DNA from: a bacterium
GTDB taxonomy: Bacteria > Desulfobacterota > Desulfobulbia > Desulfobulbales > Desulfobulbaceae
Direction of reading: 5' to 3'
DNA: 64,000 bases
NCBI GenBank assembly: GCA_030538155.1
Contig: JAUNUN010000001.1
Coordinates: 18,654 to 82,653, forward strand
Part shown: positions 30,017 to 41,300 of the stretch, one piece after another
Layout: each line of letters begins with the position of its first letter
Position numbering within the stretch: the stretch's first letter is position 1
Position numbers and translations under genes: made by a program
The notes under the pieces: generated by a model
Databases searched by the model: none
What the model saw: the letters and a program-made list of their open reading frames with translations, nothing else
What the model was told of the DNA's origin: nothing

Positions 30017-31297
30017 TCAAATAATGCCCCGCAGCCAGTGCTTCAATTTGCTGACAACACCGCCCTGCTCCTTGACCGCAAAGTTTTTCGTGCGGCTGCC
30101 GTAGAGCACCAGGCCCACGGCAGTGGTGGTACGCGGAGTATTGATCTGCTCCAGAAGACCACCCACATTGCGCGGATAGCCGATGCGCACCGGCATGTCG
30201 AAAACCTGCTCCGCCAGTTCAACCACATTGGGCAAAAGCGCGGTGCCGCCGGTCAGCACCAGGCCGGCGTTGATGCGGTTACGGCTGCCGGAGGTGGTGA
30301 TATTTTTATCCACCAGTTGAAAGATCTCCTCCATGCGCGCCTCAAGGATGCCGACCAGGCTTTTCTGGGAAATTTTCCTGTCTTTCCGCTCGCCCACAGT
30401 CGGCACATCGATCATCTGGTTTTCCTTGATCATGGAGGAAAGCGCCCCGCCGTACATGTACTTCAGCTCCTCGGCCTCCTGCAGGGGTGTACGCAAAACC
30501 GTGGAAAGGTCACTGGTGAGGTTGTTGCCGCCCAGGGCCAATTCCCAGGAATGCTTAATGGAGCCATTGCTGAAAATGGCCAGATCCGTAGTGCCGCCGC
30601 CGATATCGATCAGCCCCACGCCCTGGTCTTTTTCTTCAGGGGTGAGCACCGCCTCGGATGCGGCTATCGACTCCAGCACCACCTCAACCGCAGTCAAGCC
30701 GGCCTGGTTGCAGCAGGCAATCAGGTTATGCAGCGCGGTCATATCGGCGGTAACGATGTGCACATTGGTGACCAGCCGCACCCCGGTCATGCCCAGAGGG
30801 CTCTGGATGCCGGTGTGGTCATCCACCATGAATTCCTGCGGCAGCACGTGGATGATGCGCTGATTATCGGAAATCTTGACGGTTCTTGCCGCCTCGATCA
30901 CCGCCTCGATATCCTTTTCCCGTACTTCCTGGTTGTTGATGGCAATGATACCCGGTGAATTGAAGCCCTTGATATGGCTGCCGGCAATGCCCACATAGAC
31001 CTGGTTGATATCGCAGCCGGCCATGTCGGAAGCCTTTTTCACCGCATTCTTGATGGCCTCCACCGTGGACTGGATATTGACCACTACCCCTTTGCGCATA
31101 CCGGAAGAGGGGCTGGTGCCCACTCCGATGATATCCACCCGGTCAGGAAAGACTTCGCCGATCATGGTGCAGATCTTGGTGGAGCCGATATCCAGGCCGG
31201 CGACCAGAAGGCCGGGCTCCCGTTCATCAATCTGCACTCGCTCCTCCACCTCTTCCTCAGCAGACTGTTCCCGTTCCGTCATCCATGATTTTATCAT
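30017..31297 (-). CDS. ftsA: Cell division protein FtsA
   Basis: Actin-fold motifs GLDIGSTKICTMIGEV and DIGGGTTD, and a C-terminal amphipathic helix. Confidence 0.95.
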   Translation of the reverse strand: MIKSWMTEREQSAEEEVEERVQIDEREPGLLVAGLDIGSTKICTMIGEVFPDRVDIIGVGTSPSSGMRKGVVVNIQSTVEAIKNAVKKASDMAGCDINQVYVGIAGSHIKGFNSPGIIAINNQEVREKDIEAVIEAARTVKISDNQRIIHVLPQEFMVDDHTGIQSPLGMTGVRLVTNVHIVTADMTALHNLIACCNQAGLTAVEVVLESIAASEAVLTPEEKDQGVGLIDIGGGTTDLAIFSNGSIKHSWELALGGNNLTSDLSTVLRTPLQEAEELKYMYGGALSSMIKENQMIDVPTVGERKDRKISQKSLVGILEARMEEIFQLVDKNITTSGSRNRINAGLVLTGGTALLPNVVELAEQVFDMPVRIGYPRNVGGLLEQINTPRTTTAVGLVLYGSRTKNFAVKEQGGVVSKLKHWLRGII

Positions 31298-31364
31298 TAC
31301 AAAACCTGTTACATTTGTGTTCTATCAGTCGATTGATACAGCCAAACCAGGGCCTGCTTCGGCC

Positions 31365-32321
31365 TCATCTCGGTTGCTGCAAACGACATAACATTTTATT
31401 AGGATTTTCTCCATAGGTCAGTTCAAGGCCGGCGATCTGACTGATTTCGCCACTGTCATACAATTTTTTGAGTAATTGCAATAGATTGTTGAATTTATTC
31501 TGCAAACGGTCATTGCCGAAGTAGATAGGAAAGGGATGATCCGCCAAATAGAGAATAAGAGCCTTTTCCTGGGTGATACGCACCTCGGAGACGGATTGCA
31601 AGGGCAGGAGCGCATTTCCCCTGGCAGCAAAATGCAATATCTGCAGGGCCCCTTGCGCGCTGCCGCCCTGAACCAGACGGTCATCGGCTATATCATCCGC
31701 GCCGGCACCGCTGATCACAGGGAAATCGAGGGAAGCGCCCTCCTGCACAGCGGCAATGACATGACCGTCATAGTCAAGATAGCGCAGGCTGTACTCACCA
31801 GGGGCCGTCTCCAGGTTGATCATGGCAAAAGGCGCGAATTCCCGCACCTGCACCAAGACGCCGGACGGCCACTGTTTTTTGATCTGGGCATCCGCCACCC
31901 AGGGATGCTGGGCAATCTTTTTTTCTGCAGCCCTGGTGCTGAAGGTGATGAGGTTTAAGCCCTGCCGCAGGCCGGTTAGCTCCAAGGCCTGGCGTTCGGT
32001 AATGAAACGGGCCCCAGACACACGAAGATCGGTAACCCTGAAGATATTTAGGGTATTGATCAGTTGAACTCCGACCCAAGCTGTGGCGCACAGCACCGCC
32101 ACCATGAAGACTAAAAGGGCCTTGGCTGGGGAGAACTTCTTTTGGGGCGGTTTGGGCTGGCTCACCCCGGCCAGGCCGATTAGGGGCTGGGCCGGGCCTG
32201 TCCGCTTGCGCCCTTGCATGAACGGCAGTTGGGGCAGCCAGGCCGGTAGTTGCGCCCACAGACTCGCCTTCTTCTTCCGCCGCTTTAGTTCACGCGGGCT
32301 GTATGATTTTCTGTAGGCCAC
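31365..32321 (-). CDS. ftsQ: Cell division protein FtsQ (POTRA domain)
   Basis: TM helix (LLVFMVAVLCATAWVGV) and a POTRA domain (FRVTDLRVSGARFITERQALELTGL). GTG 32321 avoids overlap with murB. The ATG at 32408 would overlap murB by 80 nt. Confidence 0.8.
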   Translation of the reverse strand: MAYRKSYSPRELKRRKKKASLWAQLPAWLPQLPFMQGRKRTGPAQPLIGLAGVSQPKPPQKKFSPAKALLVFMVAVLCATAWVGVQLINTLNIFRVTDLRVSGARFITERQALELTGLRQGLNLITFSTRAAEKKIAQHPWVADAQIKKQWPSGVLVQVREFAPFAMINLETAPGEYSLRYLDYDGHVIAAVQEGASLDFPVISGAGADDIADDRLVQGGSAQGALQILHFAARGNALLPLQSVSEVRITQEKALILYLADHPFPIYFGNDRLQNKFNNLLQLLKKLYDSGEISQIAGLELTYGENPNKMLCRLQQPR

Positions 32322-32328
32322 GGCTGCA

Positions 32329-33312
32329 TCACTCCTCTGTACACTCGAAAAACCGTACCTCTGGTTCCAGCATGATCCCATGGCGCTCATAAATGCGCTT
32401 CTGGACAAATCGCATCAGGGAAAGGATATCTTCCGGCCTGGCTCCGCCACGGTTAATAATAAAATTTCCATGCATGGCCGAAACCATGGCCTGACCGTGT
32501 CTGTAGCCCTTGAGTCCCGCCTCTTCAATGAGACGGCCGGCATAGTCGCCGGGCGGGTTTTTAAAAAAAGAACCGGCACTGGCAACACCTGCGGGGTGTT
32601 TTGCCTTTCTCTGGGCAAACACCTCGTGCATGGCCTCTTTGATGCGTGCTGCAGGCGCGGGCTTAAGGTGCAGGCTTGCGCCGGTAATCAGACATTTTTC
32701 CCGGCAACACTCCGGCGGCAGCGTAGTTTTGCGGTACTGGAAACGCAGGGCGCTTGCCGGTACCTCCATGGCATTGCCCTGCCAATCCAGAAGCTGCACA
32801 GCCGCCAGACGATCACCCATGCTGCCGCCATAGGCACCTGCGTTCATGGCAACGGCTCCGCCCACGGTGCCTGGAATGCCAGCCATGAACTCAAGGCCGC
32901 TTAAACCCTGACGTAAACACCAGGCCACAAGCAGGCTCATGCTCACTCCGGCCTGTACCTCGACTGACTGCTCCCCTGCTTCGCCGTCTGTACCGGAAGC
33001 TTGGCTGAGAACAATATCATCCAGGCCGCCCCGCAGGCGGATGAACAGGCCCTGGTGGAGTCCGCTGGTGAAGAGGATATTGGAACCGCCGCCAAGAACC
33101 TGCCAGGTGATCTCTTCCTGGGCGAGCCAGCCCAGCAATCCGGGCAGTGAACCGCAGTCATCCACCTCGACCAGGGCCTCGACCGTGCCGCCGGTCCGAA
33201 GCGAGGAAAAACGGGCCATATCGACCTGCCACTGCACCGAGGGGCAGAGGCGTGCAAGCTCCTTTTTCTGGGCGCTGTTCATGAGACCCGCCCCTGTATC
33301 GGGCCGTAGCAT
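32329..33312 (-). CDS. murB: UDP-N-acetylenolpyruvoylglucosamine reductase
   Basis: FAD-binding LGGGSNILF and C-terminal SAGSFFKNP motifs. Confidence 0.9.
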   Translation of the reverse strand: MLRPDTGAGLMNSAQKKELARLCPSVQWQVDMARFSSLRTGGTVEALVEVDDCGSLPGLLGWLAQEEITWQVLGGGSNILFTSGLHQGLFIRLRGGLDDIVLSQASGTDGEAGEQSVEVQAGVSMSLLVAWCLRQGLSGLEFMAGIPGTVGGAVAMNAGAYGGSMGDRLAAVQLLDWQGNAMEVPASALRFQYRKTTLPPECCREKCLITGASLHLKPAPAARIKEAMHEVFAQRKAKHPAGVASAGSFFKNPPGDYAGRLIEEAGLKGYRHGQAMVSAMHGNFIINRGGARPEDILSLMRFVQKRIYERHGIMLEPEVRFFECTEE

Positions 33313-33339
33313 TGGTATACACCTGCCCTGGTCATGATC

Positions 33340-34725
33340 TTACGGCTCTCCGGCAGACAGAAGAGAGAGCAGGTCATCGCCCAAACGGCCAATACTGCCC
33401 GCACCCAAAGTCAGCACCAGATCACCCGGTTCCAGCAGTGCCAGAAGCGAATCCGGTTGCTCGATCAAATCCGGCAGATGATAGGTTTGGCGCTGGCCGT
33501 GCTGCTTGATGGCCTCGTGCAGGATGGCGCTGGTAACATCTTCCCTGGGCTCCTCTCCGGCTGCGTAGATATCTGTGAGCACCAGCAGGTCTGAACGCCT
33601 GAAGGCGGTCAGGAAACCTTCAAAGAGGCCTGCGGTACGGCTGTAGCGGTGCGGCTGGAACACGGTCACTACCCGCCGCTCCGGCCAGCCCTCGCGAATG
33701 GCTTCCAAAGTAGCCCGTATTTCCGTGGGATGATGACCGTAGTCATCCACCAGCAGGATGTCGCCGGCCTCGCCCTTGACCTGGAGCCGCCGCTGTACCC
33801 CCTGAAAATTCTCCAGAGCACGGGCAATCACCGCAAAATCAATATCCAGTTCCAGGGCCACACCCACTGCGGCCAAACTGTTATAGACCAGATGTCGGCC
33901 TGGCCGATTCAGGCTGATCTCTCCCAATTCCTTGTCGCGGAAGCGCACGGTAAAGATATTGCGGCCATCCTCCCGCCTGAGTTTGACTGCCTGCAGATCG
34001 GCCTGTTCGGTGAGGCCGTAGGTGAGTACCCGCTTGCGGATATGGGGCAGGAGCTGGGCCACGTGGTCATTGTCCAAACAGAGCACGGCCACGCCGTAAA
34101 AGGGCAGCCGGTTGACGAATTCCAGAAAAACCAACTTCACATGTTCAATATCGCGGTAGTAATCCAGGTGCTCCAGATCGATATTGGTCACCACCTCGAT
34201 TACCGGAGAAAGCTTCAGAAAAGAGCCGTCGCTCTCGTCGGCCTCGGCCACCAGAAATTCTCCGCTGCCCAGACGGGCATTGCTGCCCAGGCTGTGCACC
34301 TTGCCGCCCACCACCACGGCCGGATCGAGCCCTGCCTCGGCCAGCACCGCCGCTACCATGGAAGTGGTCGAAGTTTTGCCATGGCTGCCGGCAACGGCAA
34401 TACCGTATTTTTTCAGGCGCATCAGCTCAGCGAGCATCTCTGCCCGCTGGATGATGGGAATCTTCTCGTCCAGGGCGGCCTTGACCTCGGGGTTCGTTTC
34501 CTGCACCGCGCTTGATACCACCACCACATCCGCTCCCTCGATCCAGCGGGCATCATGGCCGATATGCACCACTCCGCCAAGCTCTTCCAAACGCCTGGTC
34601 AGGTCGCTTGCACGCAAATCAGAACCACTCACCTTGTAGTGCAGACTCAAGAGCAGCTCAGCTATGCCGGACATACCGATACCGCCGATGCCGACAAAAT
34701 GGATATGTTGGTTTTGCTTGTACAT
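33340..34725 (-). CDS. murC: UDP-N-acetylmuramate--L-alanine ligase
   Basis: VGIGGIGMSGIAELL and AVAGSHGKTSTTSM P-loop. Mur ligase architecture. Confidence 0.95.
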   Translation of the reverse strand: MYKQNQHIHFVGIGGIGMSGIAELLLSLHYKVSGSDLRASDLTRRLEELGGVVHIGHDARWIEGADVVVVSSAVQETNPEVKAALDEKIPIIQRAEMLAELMRLKKYGIAVAGSHGKTSTTSMVAAVLAEAGLDPAVVVGGKVHSLGSNARLGSGEFLVAEADESDGSFLKLSPVIEVVTNIDLEHLDYYRDIEHVKLVFLEFVNRLPFYGVAVLCLDNDHVAQLLPHIRKRVLTYGLTEQADLQAVKLRREDGRNIFTVRFRDKELGEISLNRPGRHLVYNSLAAVGVALELDIDFAVIARALENFQGVQRRLQVKGEAGDILLVDDYGHHPTEIRATLEAIREGWPERRVVTVFQPHRYSRTAGLFEGFLTAFRRSDLLVLTDIYAAGEEPREDVTSAILHEAIKQHGQRQTYHLPDLIEQPDSLLALLEPGDLVLTLGAGSIGRLGDDLLSLLSAGEP

Positions 34726-34734
34726 GTTCCAGCC

Positions 34735-35838
34735 TCACTCTTTGGCTCTAGCCTTTGCCGCCACAAGCGCCAGGCATTCATCCACCAGCAGCTCCGCTGC
34801 CTCGGGCTGGGCAAGCGCGTGCATGGCTGCGCCCATGCGCTCCAGTTGTATATGGTCTTCCAAGAGGGCCTGTATCGTTTGCGCCAGCAGTTCCGGGTTG
34901 AGATCCTTTTCCTGAAACACCTTTACCCCGCCGCCCTGGGCATAGTAGGCGGCATTGGTGGCCTGATGGTCATCCGCGGCATAGGGATAGGGCACAAGGA
35001 CGGCAGGCAGCCCCATGACGGCAAGCTCGGCCAAACTCGTTGCCCCTGCCCTCGACACAGCCAGATCGGCTGCACTGTAGGCGGCGGCCATATCCGTAAT
35101 AAAGGGCAGAACCTCTGCCTCCACGCCCGCCTGCTCGTAACCTGCCTGCACCATGGCCGCATCGGCGCTGCCGGTCTGATGCCGCAACCGCAGCCGGATG
35201 CCTTCATTGTGCAGGAGAGTCATGGCCTGCACCATACGCTCGTTCAAGGCATGCGCGCCCTGACTGCCGCCTATGACCAGGAGAGAGGGCACAGTGCTCG
35301 GCTGCACTTCCCGTTTCTTCTCTTGCCCTGCGGCCACAATTTCCGCCCGCACCGGATTGCCGGTTTGCACGGTTTTGACAGCAGGGAAGGCCGGCTTGCA
35401 GGGGATGGAGATGCAGATTCTATCCACCAGGCGACCGGCAAGGCGGTTGGCCAGGCCGGGCACGGAGTTTTGCTCGTGGATGGCCGTGGCGATACCGAGC
35501 ATTCTCGCGGCCAGCAAGACCGGGCCGGTAACATAGCCGCCCACGCCAAAGACCAGATCCGGCTTAAAACGTTTCAGCATGCGCCAGGCCTGCCGAATTG
35601 CCGCTGGCTGCGACACGATACTCTGCAACTGCGCTCCCAGGCCCAAACCCTTGACGCCGCTGCTGTCCAAGGCAGCAACCTGGAAACCCCGGTTCTGCAG
35701 GGCCTTTTGATCAACCAGACGCCGCGTGCCGATAAACAGGATCTCACTGCCGGGCAGCCGCTGTTGTATGGCCGTTGCCAAGGCAATGCCGGGAAAGAGA
35801 TGGCCGCCGGTGCCGCCGCCGGTAATTACCGCGCGCAT
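34735..35838 (-). CDS. murG: Undecaprenyl-PP-MurNAc-pentapeptide GlcNAc transferase
   Basis: GGGTGGHLFPGIALA G-loop. The start overlaps the murD stop by 13 nt. Confidence 0.95.
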   Translation of the reverse strand: MRAVITGGGTGGHLFPGIALATAIQQRLPGSEILFIGTRRLVDQKALQNRGFQVAALDSSGVKGLGLGAQLQSIVSQPAAIRQAWRMLKRFKPDLVFGVGGYVTGPVLLAARMLGIATAIHEQNSVPGLANRLAGRLVDRICISIPCKPAFPAVKTVQTGNPVRAEIVAAGQEKKREVQPSTVPSLLVIGGSQGAHALNERMVQAMTLLHNEGIRLRLRHQTGSADAAMVQAGYEQAGVEAEVLPFITDMAAAYSAADLAVSRAGATSLAELAVMGLPAVLVPYPYAADDHQATNAAYYAQGGGVKVFQEKDLNPELLAQTIQALLEDHIQLERMGAAMHALAQPEAAELLVDECLALVAAKARAKE

Positions 35839-37253
35839 GAGCCTAACTCCGCTGTTTGTGCTGCACCGCTTCTTTGCTGCAGAGCCAGCACCGCCCGACT
35901 AAAAATATTGCCGCGCTCGGCATAACCGCTGAACATGTCAAAGCTCGAACAGCCGGGCGCAAGCAGGACCGTATCACCGGGCCTGGCAGCAGCACCTGCA
36001 GCCTGCACCGCCTGGGCCATGTCCGTCGCGCGTTCGCATGTAACCAGTTTAGCCAAAACCTTTTCCATCAGGGGCGCTGCCTCGCCGATCAGCACCAGGT
36101 GACGCAGCTTCCGAGATACAATCTCGCGCAAAAGTCCATAGTCGCCGCCCTTGTCGCGACCGCCGGCAATGAGCACCACCTGGGCAGGGCAGGCAGAAAG
36201 GGCTGCAGCCAGAGCGCCGATATTGGTGGCCTTGGAATCATCTATATAGCGGACACCGTTTATCACCGCCACTTCCGCCATGCGGTGAGCCGGAGGCTCA
36301 AAACCAGCCAAGCCTTGGGCGATTGCCTCATTGCTGCAGCTTGCCAGTTTGGCGGCCAGAATCGCCGCAGCCGCGTTGAGCCGGTTCACCGAAGAGGCAA
36401 GCCTGGTTCCGCCAAGGGGAAAGAAAAACTCTTCGGCCCCTAGGCGCAGACGCACACCCTCTTCTTCAACCCGGCAGGCAGCGCCCTCATCCGTGCCAAA
36501 GCAGAGACGCTGTACGCCTGCATTGAGCCGGATCTGGGCTACCAGGGCATCATCACAACCAAGAATGGCTGCATCCGCCTCGTGCTGGGCTGCAAAGAGC
36601 TGCATCTTGGCATTGGCATAGGCCTGTAACGATCCATGCCGGTCCAGGTGGTCGGGCGTGATGTTGAGCAGGATACCGATCTCCGGACGGAAGGAACCGG
36701 CAAGATCGAGCTGAAAGCTGGACAGCTCCAGCACCACCCAGTCGTATCGCACCTGATCAAGACAATACTCTAAAAGCGGTGTGCCGATATTGCCGCCGAC
36801 AAAAGGGTTTTTCCCTGCGGTTTGCAAAAGATGGCCGATCAGCCCGGTTACCGTTGTTTTGCCGTTGGAGCCGGTAATGGCAATGACCGGTGCGGCAAAA
36901 TGCCCGGCTGCCAGGGCCAGTTCTCCGGCAAGAGGAATCTCTTGTTTGCGTGCCTCCACAATCAAGGGGCTCTGCAGGGGCACACCCGGTGCCGGCACAA
37001 GCACATCAAGGCCATCCAGAAAATCCGACCCATGGCTGCCGAACTCGCTGTACACGCCATGTTGGGCCAGGAAATCGAGGAAACCCGGCTCTTCCAGCTC
37101 CACCTCCTGCTGCGGCCTGAGATCACTTACCTTGAGGCGCAGGCCCTGGTCTAGAAGAAAACGCACCGTAGCCCGACCGGCCACACCCAGACCAAGGATG
37201 CCCGCAGTCTTGCCCGGTTTAAACTGCACCTTATCTTCCACTTTGCTCTCCAC
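35826..37253 (-). CDS. murD: UDP-N-acetylmuramoylalanine--D-glutamate ligase
   Basis: GLGVAGRA and ITGSNGKTTVTGLI. Mur ligase domains. Confidence 0.93.
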   Translation of the reverse strand: MESKVEDKVQFKPGKTAGILGLGVAGRATVRFLLDQGLRLKVSDLRPQQEVELEEPGFLDFLAQHGVYSEFGSHGSDFLDGLDVLVPAPGVPLQSPLIVEARKQEIPLAGELALAAGHFAAPVIAITGSNGKTTVTGLIGHLLQTAGKNPFVGGNIGTPLLEYCLDQVRYDWVVLELSSFQLDLAGSFRPEIGILLNITPDHLDRHGSLQAYANAKMQLFAAQHEADAAILGCDDALVAQIRLNAGVQRLCFGTDEGAACRVEEEGVRLRLGAEEFFFPLGGTRLASSVNRLNAAAAILAAKLASCSNEAIAQGLAGFEPPAHRMAEVAVINGVRYIDDSKATNIGALAAALSACPAQVVLIAGGRDKGGDYGLLREIVSRKLRHLVLIGEAAPLMEKVLAKLVTCERATDMAQAVQAAGAAARPGDTVLLAPGCSSFDMFSGYAERGNIFSRAVLALQQRSGAAQTAELGSCAR

Positions 37254-37255
37254 TG

Positions 37256-38335
37256 CTACCTCAGCTTCAGCGTGGCCAAGGCAATCAGGCCCAGGATGAT
37301 GGAAATAATCCAGAAGCGAATCACCACCTTGGATTCAGGCCAGCCCTTTTTCTCGAAATGGTGATGAAAAGGAGCCATGAGGAAGATGCGTTTGCCGCCG
37401 CTCATCTTGAAATAGCCGACCTGCAGGATGACGGAGAGCGCCTCCATGACAAAGAGACCGCCCACAATCACCAACAGAAACTCCTGCTTGGTGATTGTGG
37501 CAATCGCACCCAAGGTGCCGCCCAGGGAAAGCGAGCCCACATCGCCCATGAAGATCTGCGCCGGGTAGCAGTTGAACCAGAGGAAACCCAGGCAGGCCCC
37601 TACCATGGCCCCGCAAAATACTGTGACCTCGCCCGCGCCCTGCACGTATGGAATCTGCAAATAGCTGGACACCACCGCGTTTCCAGCCACATAAGAGAAG
37701 ATAAGATAGGTAGAGGCGGTGATGACAATGGGCCCGGTGGCCAGGCCGTCCAGGCCGTCGGTCAGGTTGACCGCATTGGATGCGCCCACAATCACCAGAA
37801 TCGCAAAAGGTAGATACCACCAGCCCAAGTCTGGGTGAAATCCCTTGAGAAAGGGCAGGCTGAGCACACCGTCGTAGTGCAGATGCGCCAAAAGGATATA
37901 TCCGGCAACAGCTGCCCCCAGAACCTGCAGCACCAGTTTTTCCTTGGGCCTGAGGCCGCGGGCATTGCCCTTGCGGATCTTTTTCCAGTCATCGGCCGCA
38001 CCGATAGCACCGTAGTACACACTGATGGTGATGAGCAGCCAGACCAGTCCGCTGAGCAGGTTGCACCACAGGAGGCTGGAGGCAATCATGGCACCCAGGA
38101 TGAGCATGCCGCCCATGGTGGGTACGCCGCGCTTGCTGAAATGGGTCTCCGGGCCGTCATCCCGCACCACCTGGCCGATCTGCTTACTCCTGAGCCAGGC
38201 AATGAAGCTGGGGCCGACCAGCATCACCACCAAAAAGGCGGTGACCGCGCTGCCGATGGAACGGAAGGTGATATAGCGAAAGACGTTGAGCCAGCTATAC
38301 TCGGTGTGGAAGGCGTAGAGCAGGTTATACAGCAT
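37256..38335 (-). CDS. mraY: Phospho-N-acetylmuramoyl-pentapeptide transferase
   Basis: 10 TM segments, NAVNLTDGLDGLA and HHHFE motifs. Confidence 0.95.
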   Translation of the reverse strand: MLYNLLYAFHTEYSWLNVFRYITFRSIGSAVTAFLVVMLVGPSFIAWLRSKQIGQVVRDDGPETHFSKRGVPTMGGMLILGAMIASSLLWCNLLSGLVWLLITISVYYGAIGAADDWKKIRKGNARGLRPKEKLVLQVLGAAVAGYILLAHLHYDGVLSLPFLKGFHPDLGWWYLPFAILVIVGASNAVNLTDGLDGLATGPIVITASTYLIFSYVAGNAVVSSYLQIPYVQGAGEVTVFCGAMVGACLGFLWFNCYPAQIFMGDVGSLSLGGTLGAIATITKQEFLLVIVGGLFVMEALSVILQVGYFKMSGGKRIFLMAPFHHHFEKKGWPESKVVIRFWIISIILGLIALATLKLR

Positions 38336-41300
38336 GGCGTGCTCCCGGCTGATCCGCAGTGTGCAGCAAACGCTCCAGTTCTTCGATAAAACGCTCCATG
38401 CGCATGCCGCGCGAGCCCTTGACCAGAATCCAATCTCCCTGACTCAACTCACCCTTCTGCATCAGCCCTGCGCACCACCGGCCGATCGCGGCGGGATTGT
38501 CGAAGAGGTGGATCTGGTCTGCCCGCATACCCTGGGCCTGCGCTGCCTGGGCTGTTTCTTGGGCATACAGACCGCTCAGGGCAAGATAGTCTAAGCCCAG
38601 CTCTGCCGCCAGCCTGCCGATACCCTGGTGCTGAGCCGAGCTTGCTGCACCCAGCTCCAGCATGTCGCCGAGCACGGCCATGCTCTTTCCCTTTACTTTT
38701 CCTGCAGCGGCCAGGGCCGCCAGGGTGCGCAGACCGGCCGCCATGGAGGCGGGGTTGGCGTTATAGGCGTCATTGACCAATTTTACTCCACCGGGCAGGG
38801 TTTGCACCGCCATGCGCTTATCCATGGGCCGGTACAGACAGAGCCCGGCCGCGATGGCCCCCGCAGCTATGCCCATGGCATGGGCAATGGCCGCAGCAGC
38901 AGCACAGTTGTGCGCATTGTGCTCGCCCAAAGCCGGAACACTCAGCCGCTTAGACCAATCGCCTATATGGAGCGTGAAACGAATGCCTGTCTCACCAAGA
39001 TTCTGCAGGCGAGTTACCCGTACAACTGGATTACGGCGGCGTCCGGCCTCGGTAACGGCAAAACCGATACGTGGCCCCTCGCTTGCATAGGCACGTCGGT
39101 AGATGCGAGGATCATCCTCGTTGACTACCCGGATAGCGCTTGGCCGCATCTCGGCAAAGAGTTCCGCCTTGGCCTCGGCCACACCATCCAAGCTGCCCAG
39201 GCCCTGCAGATGCGCCGGATGCACCGCGCTGACGCAGCCGATATCCGGGTCGGCAATGCGGGTGAGCTGCGCGATTTCTCCAGGCGCGTTCATACCCATT
39301 TCCAGGATCGCCACCCGATGACCTGCCTGCAGGGGCAAAAGCGAAAGGGGGAGGCCGATCAGATTGTTGAAATTACCGCTGGTCTTGAGCACCGGTTCCT
39401 GATGGGCCCAGCTATCGCTCAGCGCTGCAGTGCAGATGGCAGACACCATCTCCTTGACCGTGGTTTTACCGGAACTGCCGGTAATGGCCGCTACCTGCAG
39501 CGGCCCGCTAAAGAGCTGCCTGCGAAATCTTGCCAGATTGCCCAAAGCGGCAAGGGAATCAGGCACCTGAATGCAGAGCGCCCTTTCCTGCGTCAGCACG
39601 CTTTCCGGAAACTCCTCGGCAATAACCGCGCCCGCTCCACTTGCTAGGCTCTGTTCAATAAAGCTGTGGCCGTCGAAACGCTCACCCCTGAACGCCAGAA
39701 AAATATCGCCTTGCTCCAGGCTGCGGCTGTCGGTGCATATTTTGCCCAAAAGCGCTCTTTGCCCTGCCTCTGCCAGGTCGCATGTCTTGCCGCCGGTTGC
39801 GGCAAGGAGCAAACGCTCATTCCACCGGGCCAGGGCATTGGCCGCCTCAACCCGGTCATCAAAGTACTGCTTCTCTCGGCCAAGGATCTGGTAGTCCTCA
39901 TGGCCCTTACCGGCTATCAGCACCGTATCTTGAGGCGAACTGAGCGAGCAGGCCTTGGCAATGGCTGCGCGCCGGTCAGCCAGGCGGCCGTAGCGCGGCA
40001 TGGGCCCGGCTTGAGTAAAAAGATCTTCCATAGCACAAAAAACGACATGCTCTGCTGCCAGGCCGGGGATGATATCATCCAGAATACGCTCAGCCTCCTC
40101 GGTGCGAGGGTTGTCGGAGGTCACCACTGCGATATCACTCTGAGTGGCCGCCACCTGAGCCATGAGCGGCCGCTTGCCCCGATCCCGGTCGCCGCCGCAA
40201 CCAAACACACAAATGAGCCGCCCGCTCCCCACCGCGCGCAGGGTGCGCAGCACATTGTCCAAGGCATCGGGAGTATGGGCATAGTCCACAAAGACAGAGG
40301 GAAAAAGCGAAGCATCCGCACCTGGAGGCAAAACCCGCTCCAAACGACCGGGCACGGCCTTCACTGTGGCAATACCCGCGCAGATGTGCTCAAGCGGCAG
40401 GCCAAGTGCCAGGCCCGCGCCCACGCAACTGAGCACATTGCGCACATTGTACTCGCCCACGAGCGGTGAATGCAGGTGCGCGTGCCGGCCACAAGTATCA
40501 AGTTCGCAAGAAAATCCATCTAGCCCCTGTTTGAGTGAGACGGCCCTGATATCACACCGGCTGTCCAGCCCAGTGCGCAGTATCCGTGCATCCTGCACCA
40601 GCCAGGCAAGCCGTTCCCCCCAGGACTGTTCCTCGCTCGGAACATCCGCAGCAATGACCGCTGTCGCGCCTGCAGCAAGGTGAGCGCTGAACAGGAGCGC
40701 CTTGGCGGCAAAATACTGTTCCATATCCTGGTGGTAGTCGAGATGATCCCGGGTGAGGTTGGTGAAAACAGCCGCATGAAAGCGCATGCTGCCAATGCGC
40801 TCCTGCACCAGGGCGTGCGAGGACAGTTCCATGACGACATGGCTCACGCCTGCATCGACCATCCGCCGCAGCAGCGCCTGCAGGGTGAGGGCATCCGGCG
40901 TGGTCAGGGAGGCTTCCTGCACCACCTGTACACCCTCTGGGCTGTGGTAGCGGTAATTGACCGTGCCGATCACCCCAAGGCGGATACCGGCATGGGCAAG
41001 CATGCCCTCGATCAGCCAGGAGGTAGTGGTTTTGCCGTTGGTGCCGGTGATGCCGATGCACTGCATCTGCCGGGCCGGATAACCGTACCAGGCCTCGGCG
41101 AGCGCATTCAAGGCCCGCTGGGCATTGGCCACTGGAATGCACTGTGCCGCCAAGGCAGGGTCGAGCAGTCCCTGTTCCACCACTGCCTGCTCAACTACCA
41201 CGGTGCGACAACCCCTTGCAACGGCGTCTTCCACATAGAGATGGCCGGCGGTGGCATGGCCGGGCAGGGCCACGAACAAACTGCCGGGCGCAGCCTTGCG

